Assembly (NCBI GenBank): GCA_963822445.1
Contig: CAWGHO010000002.1
Span: forward strand, 2,080,001 to 2,144,000
Origin: an uncultured Acidobacteriota bacterium
GTDB lineage: Bacteria; Acidobacteriota; Thermoanaerobaculia; Gp7-AA8
Direction of reading: 5' to 3'
DNA: 64,000 bases
The notes under the pieces: model-generated
The model's database searches: none
The model's input: the letters and a program-made list of their open reading frames with translations, nothing else
Told to the model about the DNA's origin: nothing
In this document: in pieces, positions 21,929 through 30,731 of the stretch
Position numbering within the stretch: the stretch's first letter is position 1
How the letters are laid out: every line of letters starts with the position of its first letter
Position numbers and translations under genes: made by a program

Positions 21929-23104
21929 GCTGCTTTCTCCTTAGAACCACCCAGCACGAGGGCCAGGGTGTCGATGAATTCGATGAGTGCTTTCTTGGGG
22001 ACGATGTAGGGCGGCAGCAGCCGCAGGACCTTCTCGCGAGCCGTTCCGACCACGAACCCGTGATCGAGCAGCTCCCGCGCAACCGGTGAAGCGAGACGAT
22101 CGAGCTCGATGCCCCACATCAGGCCCGAGCCACGGACGTCGACGACGTTGCTCAACTTCTTCAGCTCACCGCCGAACCATTCGCCGAGGGCGTTGATCTG
22201 CGGCAGCAGCTTTTCGGTTTCTTCGAGGACGATCGCGCCGAGGCGGCAGGCGATCGGGTTTCCGCCGAACGTCGTGCCGTGATGGCCGGGCTTGACCACT
22301 CCTTCCAGCGCCGCGCCGGTGAGCACCGCGCCGAGGGGCAGTCCGCCGCCGAGTGGCTTCGCCAGCGTGACGATGTCCGGAACGATGCCGCTCTTCTGAA
22401 ACGCGAAGAGATAGCCGGTCCGGCCGATGCCGCACTGGATCTCGTCGAGCACGAGCATCGTGCCGTGCAGATCGGCGATCCGCCGCGCGGCGATGAGGTA
22501 CTCGTCGGTCAGCGGGATGATTCCCCCCTCGCCCATGACCGGCTCGAGGAAAATCGCCGCGGTCTCATCGTCGACAGCCCCTTCGAGCGCGGCGATGTCA
22601 TTCGGCGCCACAAACGACACGCCCGGCACCAGCGGCGCGAACGGCGTCCGGTACGCGTCGTGTCCCGTCAGCGAGAGCGAGCCCAGCGTGCGGCCGTGGA
22701 ACGACTCTTCGAGCGCGACCAGCTTCGTCTTCTTCGTCGCCAGCCGCGCGAACTTCAGAGCCGCTTCATTCGCCTCCGTGCCGCTGTTGCAGAAGAACGC
22801 CCGGCACAGGCCGGACGCGCGCACCAGCTTCTCCGCGAGGATGCCCTGCGCGGGGTGGTAGTAGAGATTCGAGACGTGCAGCAGCTCGTCGCTTTTGAGC
22901 GCCTTCATGAGCCGCGGATGCTTGTGGCCGAGGACGTTCACGGCGATGCCGCCGAGGAGGTCCCAGTACTGCGCGGCCTTCGGCGTCGAACAGACGGGCG
23001 CCCTTTCCATCGCGGGGATGGAACGGCGTGCGCGCATACGTCTTCACCAGGAACGCGTTCTCACGCGCTTCGACAGCGGCCGGCGTTTCGTCATGCAGCA
23101 ACAA
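21925..23104 (-). CDS. argD: Acetylornithine aminotransferase; frameshift near 22971
   Basis: [11 protein letters not shown] in one frame joins [11 protein letters not shown] in another with one extra base. [23 protein letters not shown] and HGTTFGGN motifs; GGAGG RBS before TTG 23104. Confidence 0.88.
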
Positions 23105-23825
23105 GGTGAGTTCCTCCGTTCTCTCCGATTTCGATCGCGCCCACTCCGGCGCGCAAGGCAGACAGCGCCGCCTGCAGCTTCGGCTTCATACCGCCGCTGA
23201 CGACTTCGATGTACGTCTCCGCTTCATTCGCTCCCAGCGTCGGCACGACCTCGCCGTTCGCGTCGAGCAGTCCCGCTACGTCGGTGATGAACCGCAGCGA
23301 CTTCGCCTGCAGAGCCACGGCGAGTGCCGCCGCGGCGCTGTCCGCGTTCACGTTCAGCAGGTCGCCGTCGGTGGTCTGCGCGATCGACGAAACGACCGGC
23401 AGGATTCCGTACGTCAGCATCGCCTTCACCAGCGTGCAGTTCGCACCGGTGACCCGGCCGACATGACCCAGCTCCACGCCGTCGATCGGCGGATGCTGGG
23501 TCGCTACGAGCGTCGCGTCGCTGCCGGAGATCCCGGCCGCCCGCACGCCCAGCTTCGTCAGCTCGCTGACCAGCATCTTGTTGACCGTGCCGCCGAGGAC
23601 CGACACGACCACTTCCAGCGTCGCGTCGTCGGTGATCCGCAGACCGGCGTGAGTCTTCTTGGCGATGCCGAGCTTCGCCAGCTTCGCGTCGATGTGCTTC
23701 CCGCCGCCATGGACGAGCACCACGTTCTCGCCGGCGTTCCAGCGCGCGACGATCGTCTTCAGAGCGGCATCGCGGCGCGAAACGTCGTCGAGCAGTGAAC
23801 CGCCAAGCTTGATTACTGTCGTCAC
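23091..23825 (-). CDS. argB: Acetylglutamate kinase
   Basis: VIKLGGS, VHGGG, NVNAD and GGMKPKL motifs; GTG start overlaps the argC stop (GTGA). Confidence 0.93.
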   Translation of the reverse strand: MTTVIKLGGSLLDDVSRRDAALKTIVARWNAGENVVLVHGGGKHIDAKLAKLGIAKKTHAGLRITDDATLEVVVSVLGGTVNKMLVSELTKLGVRAAGISGSDATLVATQHPPIDGVELGHVGRVTGANCTLVKAMLTYGILPVVSSIAQTTDGDLLNVNADSAAAALAVALQAKSLRFITDVAGLLDANGEVVPTLGANEAETYIEVVSGGMKPKLQAALSALRAGVGAIEIGENGGTHLVAA

Positions 23826-24790
23826 TGGAGCCCCTCCGTCTCCGCATATCCATGCATGCGGTTGAAGTTCTGCACGGCCTGCGAGGCCGCACCTTTGAGC
23901 AGGTTGTCGATCACGCTGACGATCACGGCCCGCTTGCCGCCCTGCAGCAGGTGGAAACCGATCTCCGCGTACGGCGTGTTGACCACGTTCTTGAGCTCCG
24001 GCATCTGGCCGGCCGGCAGGACCCGAACGAACGGTGCGTTCGCATACGCGTCGTCGTACGTCGCCTTCAGCTCCTCGGCCGTCACCGGATGGGTGAAGCC
24101 GACGTGCATCGTCGAGAGAATCCCGCGTACGGTCGGCAGCAGGTGCGGCACGAACACGAGCGTGGTGCGCTCGCCGAGCTTGAGGCCCTGGCGGATCTCC
24201 GGCTCGTGCCGGTGCTTGCCGATGCCGTACGTCTTGAAGTTGCCGAATAGCTCGGAGAACGAAAACGCCACGTCCGCCTTCTTGCCCGCGCCCGAGACGC
24301 CGCTCTTCGAATCGCAGATGACCGGCTGGTCGCGATCGAGGATGAACGTCAGCGGCCGTAGCGCGAGGAGGATAGAAGTCGGGTAGCAACCCGGATTCGC
24401 AACCAGCCGCGCCTTCTTCAACTCGCCATTGCAGAGTTCCGGCAGTCCATAAACCGCCTCGGCCAGAAGCTCCGGACGCGGATGCTCGAAGCCGTACCAC
24501 GACGGATAAAGCGCCGGCTCGCCGAGGCGGAACGCGCCCGACAGGTCGATGACCTTGATGCCCGCGTCGAGGATGGCCGGCGCGATCTCGGCCGAGGTCT
24601 CGTTCGGCGTCGCCAGGAACGCAACTTCGGTCTTGGCGGCGATCATCGCCTCGAGCGAATAGGTCGTGCTCGAAAACGACGCGACAACCTCGGCATGCGG
24701 ATGCCGGCCGAGGATGCGCACCAGCTCTTCGCCGGCATATCCGGTTGCGCCTGCGATGGCGACACACGTTCTCTGTTGTTCGTTAATCAT
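23822..24790 (-). CDS. argC: N-acetyl-gamma-glutamyl-phosphate reductase
   Basis: GATGYAG, ANPGCYPT, SGVSGAG and DNLLKGAA motifs. Confidence 0.95.
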   Translation of the reverse strand: MINEQQRTCVAIAGATGYAGEELVRILGRHPHAEVVASFSSTTYSLEAMIAAKTEVAFLATPNETSAEIAPAILDAGIKVIDLSGAFRLGEPALYPSWYGFEHPRPELLAEAVYGLPELCNGELKKARLVANPGCYPTSILLALRPLTFILDRDQPVICDSKSGVSGAGKKADVAFSFSELFGNFKTYGIGKHRHEPEIRQGLKLGERTTLVFVPHLLPTVRGILSTMHVGFTHPVTAEELKATYDDAYANAPFVRVLPAGQMPELKNVVNTPYAEIGFHLLQGGKRAVIVSVIDNLLKGAASQAVQNFNRMHGYAETEGLQ

Positions 24791-24818
24791 GGTCGTGGCT
24801 CCGAATCCGTAGCCGCGC

Positions 24819-25328
24819 CTATGCGCGCGTACGGCGTCGCGAGGTGTGAATCCCTGCGACTTCGTGTACTCGCCGCACGAATGCATCGGCGGCGGCGGGA
24901 GTGCGAAAAGCGATGAAGATCGTGTCGTCGCCGCCGATGGTGCCGAGGATGTCCTCGATCGGCGCCGCGTCGATTGCACTGGCCAGCGGCTGAGCCTCGG
25001 CCACCGGCGTTTTGATGACCACCATGTTCACCGCGGCCTCGGCGAAGAGGACGCGATCCCGGAGGAGCTGCTCGAGCCGGTGCTCGCGCGACTCCCGCGG
25101 GGTGAAGGTCGCGACGGGCGCGAGCGCTTCAGGCGTGACGTAGCCGGCCGGAGTCTTGATCAGGCCGAGATCGCGGAGGTCCCGCGAGAGCGTCGGCTGA
25201 GTGACCTGGAACCCGAGCTTGCGCAGCGCGGCCATCAGCTCGTCCTGGGAGTGGACGGCAGTCTGGCGGACGGTCCGGAGGATTTCCTCCCGTCTGCGCA
25301 ATGCTTCGCTGGCTGCATGATTATTCAT
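24819..25328 (-). CDS. argR: Arginine repressor
   Basis: SQDEL, TQPTLSRD and GTIGGDDT motifs; heads the arg operon. Confidence 0.93.
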   Translation of the reverse strand: MNNHAASEALRRREEILRTVRQTAVHSQDELMAALRKLGFQVTQPTLSRDLRDLGLIKTPAGYVTPEALAPVATFTPRESREHRLEQLLRDRVLFAEAAVNMVVIKTPVAEAQPLASAIDAAPIEDILGTIGGDDTIFIAFRTPAAADAFVRRVHEVAGIHTSRRRTRA

Positions 25329-25365
25329 CTTCACGAATCTTTATGCATGAACCGGGTCGTGTCAA
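25312..25365 (-). promoter_or_regulatory. Tandem ARG boxes and -35 TTGACA of the arg operon
   Basis: Cores TGCAT-GATT-ATTCA (25314-25327) and CGAAT-CTTT-ATGCA (25334-25347) match TGAAT-N4-ATTCA; TTGACA on the minus strand at 25360-25365. Confidence 0.8.
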
Positions 25366-25424
25366 GGGTTATTTCGCCCGGCTCTCCCTTTGCATTTCCC
25401 GTAATTCAGGAGGCCAGGTTTCCC

Positions 25425-25595
25425 ATGTCCCGAGTCGAGCGCACTGACGACCAGCAGAAGCACCAGCCCAGGCAGGCTCTTCGGGGCCGCCGTCCCTCAG
25501 CGCCGCAGCGCGAGTCCAGCCCCGGCCGCACGCCCAGCAAGGCGGAAGGGGAAGTGTCCGACGTCGAGGAAGCCCTCGAGCGGCAGCGCGAGTAG
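25425..25595 (+). CDS. Small hydrophilic hypothetical protein (56 aa)
   Basis: AGGAGG at 25408-25413 upstream of ATG; fills the gap between argR and the MutS-like gene. Confidence 0.5.
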   Translation: MSRVERTDDQQKHQPRQALRGRRPSAPQRESSPGRTPSKAEGEVSDVEEALERQRE

Positions 25596-27419
25596 CTAAA
25601 CCTCGATCCCCACGCTCCTCATCAGCTCCAGTGCATTGCTCTTGGTGACGACCCCCGGGCGCATCCGGTAGTCGAACACCACCCGCCCTTCCTCGATGTG
25701 GTCCTCGAAGTGGACGTTGGCCGCGCGTGGCGCCAGCTCCTCCGCGATCTGCGCCAGCGCCAGATCGTGCGTCGAGACCAACCCGACCGCCCCGTGGTCC
25801 ACGAGACTCCGCACGATGGCCTCGGCACCGATCCGCCGGTCATGGGAGTTCGTCCCGGCCAGCACTTCGTCAAGGAGAAACAGCAGCGGTCCCGAGCGCG
25901 ACAGATCGAGGACCTGCCGGATCCGCAAAATCTCCGCGTAAAACCGCGAGGCGTTTTCCTGCAGCGAGTCGTGCAGGCGGATCGAGGCGCCGACGGCCAT
26001 CGGCGCGATCCGCAGCGACTTCGCACATACCGGCCCGCCGGCCATGGCCAGCACGGCGGCGATCCCGACGCTGCGCATCATCGTGCTCTTGCCGGACATG
26101 TTCGAGCCGCTCACCACCAGCAGGCGCAGGGTTTCGTCGAGGCGGAGGTCGTTGGTGATCCGCCGTTCGGCCGGAATGAGGGGATGGCCCAGCTCGCGGG
26201 CGTCGAACAGCGGACCTTCGGTGACGACCTCGGGGACTGCGAAGGCAGGCTGCTCGAACGCGAAGGAAGCCAGGGATGACAGCGCCTCGATCTCGCCGAC
26301 CACTTCGATCCAGTCGGCGATGTGCGATCCCGAGCGCAGCCGCCAGCGCTCGATGGACATGGCCACGTTCGGCGTCCAGAGCAGAAGGAGCGCGAACGGT
26401 GCGAAGAACTGATTGCGTCGCGCGTCGAGCAGCGACACCAGCCGGCGCAGCCGCTCGATCTCCTTCGACGCCGCGTTCTCCGCGCCACGCAACCGCGCCG
26501 ACAACGCCGACAGCCGGGCGCCCTCGAACGATTCGCGCTCGATCCGTGTGACGAGACCGGCGAGCAGGGCCAGCGCGGGCTCGGCGCGTTCCACGGCGAT
26601 CACGATCGGCTCGACCCGCGGGTGAATGTGTCGCGCGAAAAACGCCGCCGCCAGCACGGCGGCGCCGAGCGGCCACAATGGAAAGTCGGCAAGGCGGCCG
26701 AACGAGTCGATCGCTTCCGGATGGGTGAGGCCCACGACCCACGCCAAGATCGCCGGCAGCGAGACCAATAGAAGAAGGATGCAGACCGCCGGCAGCACCA
26801 GCACCGCGACCCGTTCCCAGCCCGCGATCGGCACCGGCGCCATCGCCGACCACTGCTCGAGCTTCGCGCTCTCCACATCCTTCGCAACCTCGCGCGCGGC
26901 CACCGCGAGGTCCTCACGGAGGTCGACGTTCTCGCGCAGCTCCTGCACCGCCTCCTGCCGCGAGTGGATCTCCGTCACGTCCTGCGCCGGCGTCTTCAGC
27001 CAGGATCCGAGGCGCTCGCGTCCGGCGCGCGTCGTCGCCAGCGAGAGCAGCTCGAAGATCGATCCTTTTCCGAAGAGATCGAAATCGGCGGAGTAGGGAT
27101 GATGCTCTTCCTCGAGATCGTCCCCGGCATCGCCGACGCCCGCCCACGTTCCGTCGATGCGCGCCAGCCCGCGCGCGTAGAACGCCGCGCGGTTCTCGGC
27201 GCGCTTGCGCTCCCGCACGACCTTCTCGTGCACGATGACCAGGACGATGAAGACGATCACCGGAAGCAGCGCCGCGGCCACGCTCCAGAAGGTGATGAGA
27301 ATCGCGAGGCCGATCGACACCAGCCGGGCGATCGACAGGGTCCGCTCCCGCCGCGTCAGCGCGTCGGCGACGGACTGCCGGGCAGAGCGCCGTTCAGCGT
27401 AGAGTTCGCGCGGCAGCAT
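25596..27419 (-). CDS. Membrane-anchored MutS-related ATPase (MutS domain V only)
   Basis: GSNMSGKST Walker A, SRFYAE, LLDEVLAGTNS and STHD motifs; N-terminal TM segments. Confidence 0.9.
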   Translation of the reverse strand: MLPRELYAERRSARQSVADALTRRERTLSIARLVSIGLAILITFWSVAAALLPVIVFIVLVIVHEKVVRERKRAENRAAFYARGLARIDGTWAGVGDAGDDLEEEHHPYSADFDLFGKGSIFELLSLATTRAGRERLGSWLKTPAQDVTEIHSRQEAVQELRENVDLREDLAVAAREVAKDVESAKLEQWSAMAPVPIAGWERVAVLVLPAVCILLLLVSLPAILAWVVGLTHPEAIDSFGRLADFPLWPLGAAVLAAAFFARHIHPRVEPIVIAVERAEPALALLAGLVTRIERESFEGARLSALSARLRGAENAASKEIERLRRLVSLLDARRNQFFAPFALLLLWTPNVAMSIERWRLRSGSHIADWIEVVGEIEALSSLASFAFEQPAFAVPEVVTEGPLFDARELGHPLIPAERRITNDLRLDETLRLLVVSGSNMSGKSTMMRSVGIAAVLAMAGGPVCAKSLRIAPMAVGASIRLHDSLQENASRFYAEILRIRQVLDLSRSGPLLFLLDEVLAGTNSHDRRIGAEAIVRSLVDHGAVGLVSTHDLALAQIAEELAPRAANVHFEDHIEEGRVVFDYRMRPGVVTKSNALELMRSVGIEV

Positions 27420-27435
27420 GGCGCCCCATTCAACC

Positions 27436-28767
27436 ATGAACTTTCCGCCTGGCCCGCGCACCTGGATTCCCGGCGCGTACCTCCGCGCCATGCAGCATCG
27501 AACGCTCTCCTTCCTCACCGGCCTCGGCAATGAATACGGCGACGCCGCCCGCTTCCGCATCGCCCGCACGCCGGTCTACTTCTTCCGCCATCCCGAGCAG
27601 ATCCGCGAGACGCTGATCACGAAGAGCTCCTCCTTCATCAAAGGGCTGGCTTTGCAGCGGACGAAAGTCGTCCTCGGCGAAGGACTGCTGACCAGCGAAG
27701 GCGAGCTGCACAAGCGCCAGCGCCGCCTCGCCCAGCCGGCCTTTCACCGCGAGCGCATTCAGCGTTACGGGGAGGTGATGGTCGAGCGCGCGCTGATCAC
27801 GCGCGATGAATGGCAGGACGGACAGGTCCTCGACGTCCATCACGAGATGATGCTGCTCACGCTGGCCGTCGTGGCCAAAACGCTCTTCGATGCGAACGTC
27901 GACGACGAGGCCGATGAGATCGGCGGCGCGCTCACGGAGCTCATCGAGATGTTCCCGCTGCTGATGAACCCGTACTCGCTGTTTCTGCTGAAGCTTCCTC
28001 TGCCGCGCGTCAGGAAGTTCGAGCGCGCCCTGGCGCGGCTGGATCACACCATCTACTCCATCATCGAAGACCGCCGGCGAAGCGGCGCCGATCGCGGCGA
28101 TCTCCTCTCCATGCTCCTTCTGGCCACGGACACCGAGGGCGATGGGGGAGGGATGAGTAACAAACAGCTCCGCGACGAAACGCTCACGCTCTTTCTCGCC
28201 GGACACGAGACCACCGCGAACGCGCTGGCCTGGACCTGGTACTTGCTAGCGCGGAATCCGGAGGTCGAGCGTGAGATGCACCGCGAGGTCGACGAAGTAC
28301 TCGCCGGCCGCACGCCCACTCCCGCCGACTACCCGCGGTTGCCGTACACGGAGATGGTCCTCGCCGAATCGATGCGCCTCTTTCCGCCGGCGTGGGGTCT
28401 CGGACGCTACGCGATCGAGGACGTGAAGATCGGCGAATGGGATGTTCCGAAGAACAGCCTGGTCATCCTCTCGCAATGGGTCACCCACCGCGACGCCCGC
28501 TTCTGGCCCGATCCGGAACGTTTCGATCCGCACCGCTTCACCGCCGAAGCCAAAGCCACGCGGCCGAAAATGTCCTACTTCCCCTTCGGCGGCGGTCCCC
28601 GCGTCTGCATCGGCGAAAGCTTCGCCTGGATGGAAGGCGTCCTCCTGCTGGCGACGCTCGCGCAGAAGTGGCGGTTCGAGTCGGTGGGGAAGGATGTCGA
28701 GCCTCAGGCCTTGATCACGCTCAGGCCCAAGGGCGGAATGCCGATGAAAGCGGTTCATCGGCGTTAG
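27436..28767 (+). CDS. Cytochrome P450
   Basis: AGHETT, ESMR (ExxR), PERF and FGGGPRVCIG motifs. Confidence 0.96.
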   Translation: MNFPPGPRTWIPGAYLRAMQHRTLSFLTGLGNEYGDAARFRIARTPVYFFRHPEQIRETLITKSSSFIKGLALQRTKVVLGEGLLTSEGELHKRQRRLAQPAFHRERIQRYGEVMVERALITRDEWQDGQVLDVHHEMMLLTLAVVAKTLFDANVDDEADEIGGALTELIEMFPLLMNPYSLFLLKLPLPRVRKFERALARLDHTIYSIIEDRRRSGADRGDLLSMLLLATDTEGDGGGMSNKQLRDETLTLFLAGHETTANALAWTWYLLARNPEVEREMHREVDEVLAGRTPTPADYPRLPYTEMVLAESMRLFPPAWGLGRYAIEDVKIGEWDVPKNSLVILSQWVTHRDARFWPDPERFDPHRFTAEAKATRPKMSYFPFGGGPRVCIGESFAWMEGVLLLATLAQKWRFESVGKDVEPQALITLRPKGGMPMKAVHRR

Positions 28768-28776
28768 ACTCTCCCC

Positions 28777-29244
28777 ATGGCCGACGTCAACACCCTCTTC
28801 GCCGACTACGCCTCCTACCACCGCACGCCCGGCAACAAGCTCTTCCACCGAATGGGCATCCCCATGATCATGCTGTCCCTCATCGGCATGCTCACGTACG
28901 TGACGCTCTTCGATGCCGGAACGGTTCGCTACGACGCCGCCATGCTCCTCATTGCCGCGTCGACGGCGTATTACTTCGTCATCGAGTGGCGCTTGGCCGT
29001 AGGCATGCTCATTGTCTCGATCATTTTTTACTTCGTCGGCGCGGCCATCCCCCTCGCCATCAACGTCGTCCTCTTCGTGCTCGGCTGGATCTTCCAGGGC
29101 ATCGGCCACAAGGTTTACGAAAAAAAGAACCCCGCCTTCTTCCGCAATTTCGTCCACCTCCTGATCGGCCCCTTGTGGATCCTCAACGACGTTGTGCGGG
29201 TCGTACGCCCAGCAACCGAGCAACCCAGCAACTCAGCAACCTGA
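28777..29244 (+). CDS. DUF962/Mpo1-like membrane protein
   Basis: YASYH..N..H.MGIP and QGIGHKVYEKKNPA motifs. Confidence 0.85.
   Translation: MADVNTLFADYASYHRTPGNKLFHRMGIPMIMLSLIGMLTYVTLFDAGTVRYDAAMLLIAASTAYYFVIEWRLAVGMLIVSIIFYFVGAAIPLAINVVLFVLGWIFQGIGHKVYEKKNPAFFRNFVHLLIGPLWILNDVVRVVRPATEQPSNSAT
29210..29241 (+). repeat. Four tandem 8-bp units (C/G)AGCAAC(C/T)
   Basis: cagcaacc-gagcaacc-cagcaact-cagcaacc at the 3' end of the DUF962 gene. Confidence 0.7.
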
Positions 29245-29285
29245 TCGAAGCACGCTTCTTGCTGCACGCTCGCCCGGGTACGAGC

Positions 29286-29669
29286 GTGGTTGACAATCAA
29301 GAACATGGCGTCCTCGTCGTCGAGGATGACCCCGCGATTCGCCGGTTGGTTTCGATGGTCCTCAAGCGCCAGGGCTATCGCGTCGACACCGCCTCGGACG
29401 GTCTCGAAGCCGTGCTCAAGCTTGGCGTCTCCGAATACGACGTCATCGTGCTCGACCTGATGATGCCCAACCTCGACGGCTTCACCTTCCTCAGCACGTT
29501 TGCCGAACATGACCCCGGGCGTCTCTGCAAGATCATCGTGACCAGCGCCGCCTCTCCGGCCGTGATCCGCGAGCGCATGCAGGGCGCGCCGTTCAACGTT
29601 CTGCCGAAACCGTTCGACATCACCGACCTCATCGATCGCGTCCGTACCTGCATCTCCGCTCAGCAATAA
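29286..29669 (+). CDS. Single-domain response regulator
   Basis: LVVEDD, LDLMMP and KPF motifs; paralogue of 11736-12107. Confidence 0.88.
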   Translation: MVDNQEHGVLVVEDDPAIRRLVSMVLKRQGYRVDTASDGLEAVLKLGVSEYDVIVLDLMMPNLDGFTFLSTFAEHDPGRLCKIIVTSAASPAVIRERMQGAPFNVLPKPFDITDLIDRVRTCISAQQ

Positions 29670-29678
29670 AATGGCGGG

Positions 29679-30731
29679 ATGCAACCGTATGGCGGCGATC
29701 GGCTCCGCAGCGCCGGAGGGAAAATCATCCTCCAGGCCGCCATTTCCAAAGGCTGGGTCGCGCGCAAGCCGAAGGGCATCCACGCCGAATATCCAGGCAC
29801 AGCCGTTCTGTGGGACGGCGAATACTTCGAGGTAATCCGCGCCGAACGAGCCTCGGAAACCGCGATCCGTTACGTGCTCGAGCCCTGGCGCGACGAGCAC
29901 GTCATCCGCGACTTCCAGCATTACGACGAGGCCACCGAGGAGCGGCGGCTTGCCGATCACCGCGCGGCCGAAGCACAACGCAAGAAAAGTGTTTTCGCCC
30001 GCCTCTCCGGCATCGTCCTCGGCCACGCTCCCCAGCACGTACAGGAGCACCTGCAGAACGAGCTCGGCGTCACGCCGTCGCTGATGACCATGGCCTCCTG
30101 CATCCCGAGCGTTCTTCTGCTCGGCACGTGCGTCTGGCTTTACAGCGGTTCGAAACTGGAGAAAGGGCCGTCACCCGTCCCGCTCTGGCTCTGGGCCGTT
30201 GCCTTCATCCTCCTGTTCGAGTCGGCGATACGTTTCCTCGTGGCGATGTCGCAAAACCGCGGGATGGGATCGGTGCTGGGCTATGTGGGTTACATCCTGT
30301 TCTGGTACGCGACGCCGAACAGGAAGAAGTGGCCGTCGCCGTTCGATCCCGGCCGCGGCCGCGGAACCTTCACTCTGCCGCCGCCGGATGATGTCGCGCT
30401 TCAGGATTCGCTCCAGATGCGCGGCCCCTGGTTCACACTGCTCACCGTGGCCGAGCAGCAGCGCCTCGCCGAACGTTTCGGCTTCGACTATCGCAAGCAC
30501 GCCTACGGCCTGGCCTGGATCATCCTCGTCTGCTCGACGTTCGGTGTCGTCAGCTCCGTGGTCAAGGTCGCCGACAGCAGCTCCTTCTCCGCGCTCACGT
30601 CATTGATTCTCGCCGGCGCGATGGCCATCGAGCAGATCCGCCGTCTCAGTGCATTCAAGCGAGGACCGGCGGGCAGCTTCCTCGGCTTCTTCGTCCGTCC
30701 CTTCATGCGCCGCTTTCTGGAGCAGGGATGA
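29679..30731 (+). CDS. Hypothetical membrane protein
   Basis: Long ORF with host codon usage and several TM segments; TAAAAT lies 6 nt before the ATG. Confidence 0.7.
   Translation: MQPYGGDRLRSAGGKIILQAAISKGWVARKPKGIHAEYPGTAVLWDGEYFEVIRAERASETAIRYVLEPWRDEHVIRDFQHYDEATEERRLADHRAAEAQRKKSVFARLSGIVLGHAPQHVQEHLQNELGVTPSLMTMASCIPSVLLLGTCVWLYSGSKLEKGPSPVPLWLWAVAFILLFESAIRFLVAMSQNRGMGSVLGYVGYILFWYATPNRKKWPSPFDPGRGRGTFTLPPPDDVALQDSLQMRGPWFTLLTVAEQQRLAERFGFDYRKHAYGLAWIILVCSTFGVVSSVVKVADSSSFSALTSLILAGAMAIEQIRRLSAFKRGPAGSFLGFFVRPFMRRFLEQG

Noticed and set aside
23091-24767. Apparent 558-aa ArgB with a long N-terminal extension
   Set aside because: The extension is an alternative frame of argC; ArgB starts at GTG 23825.
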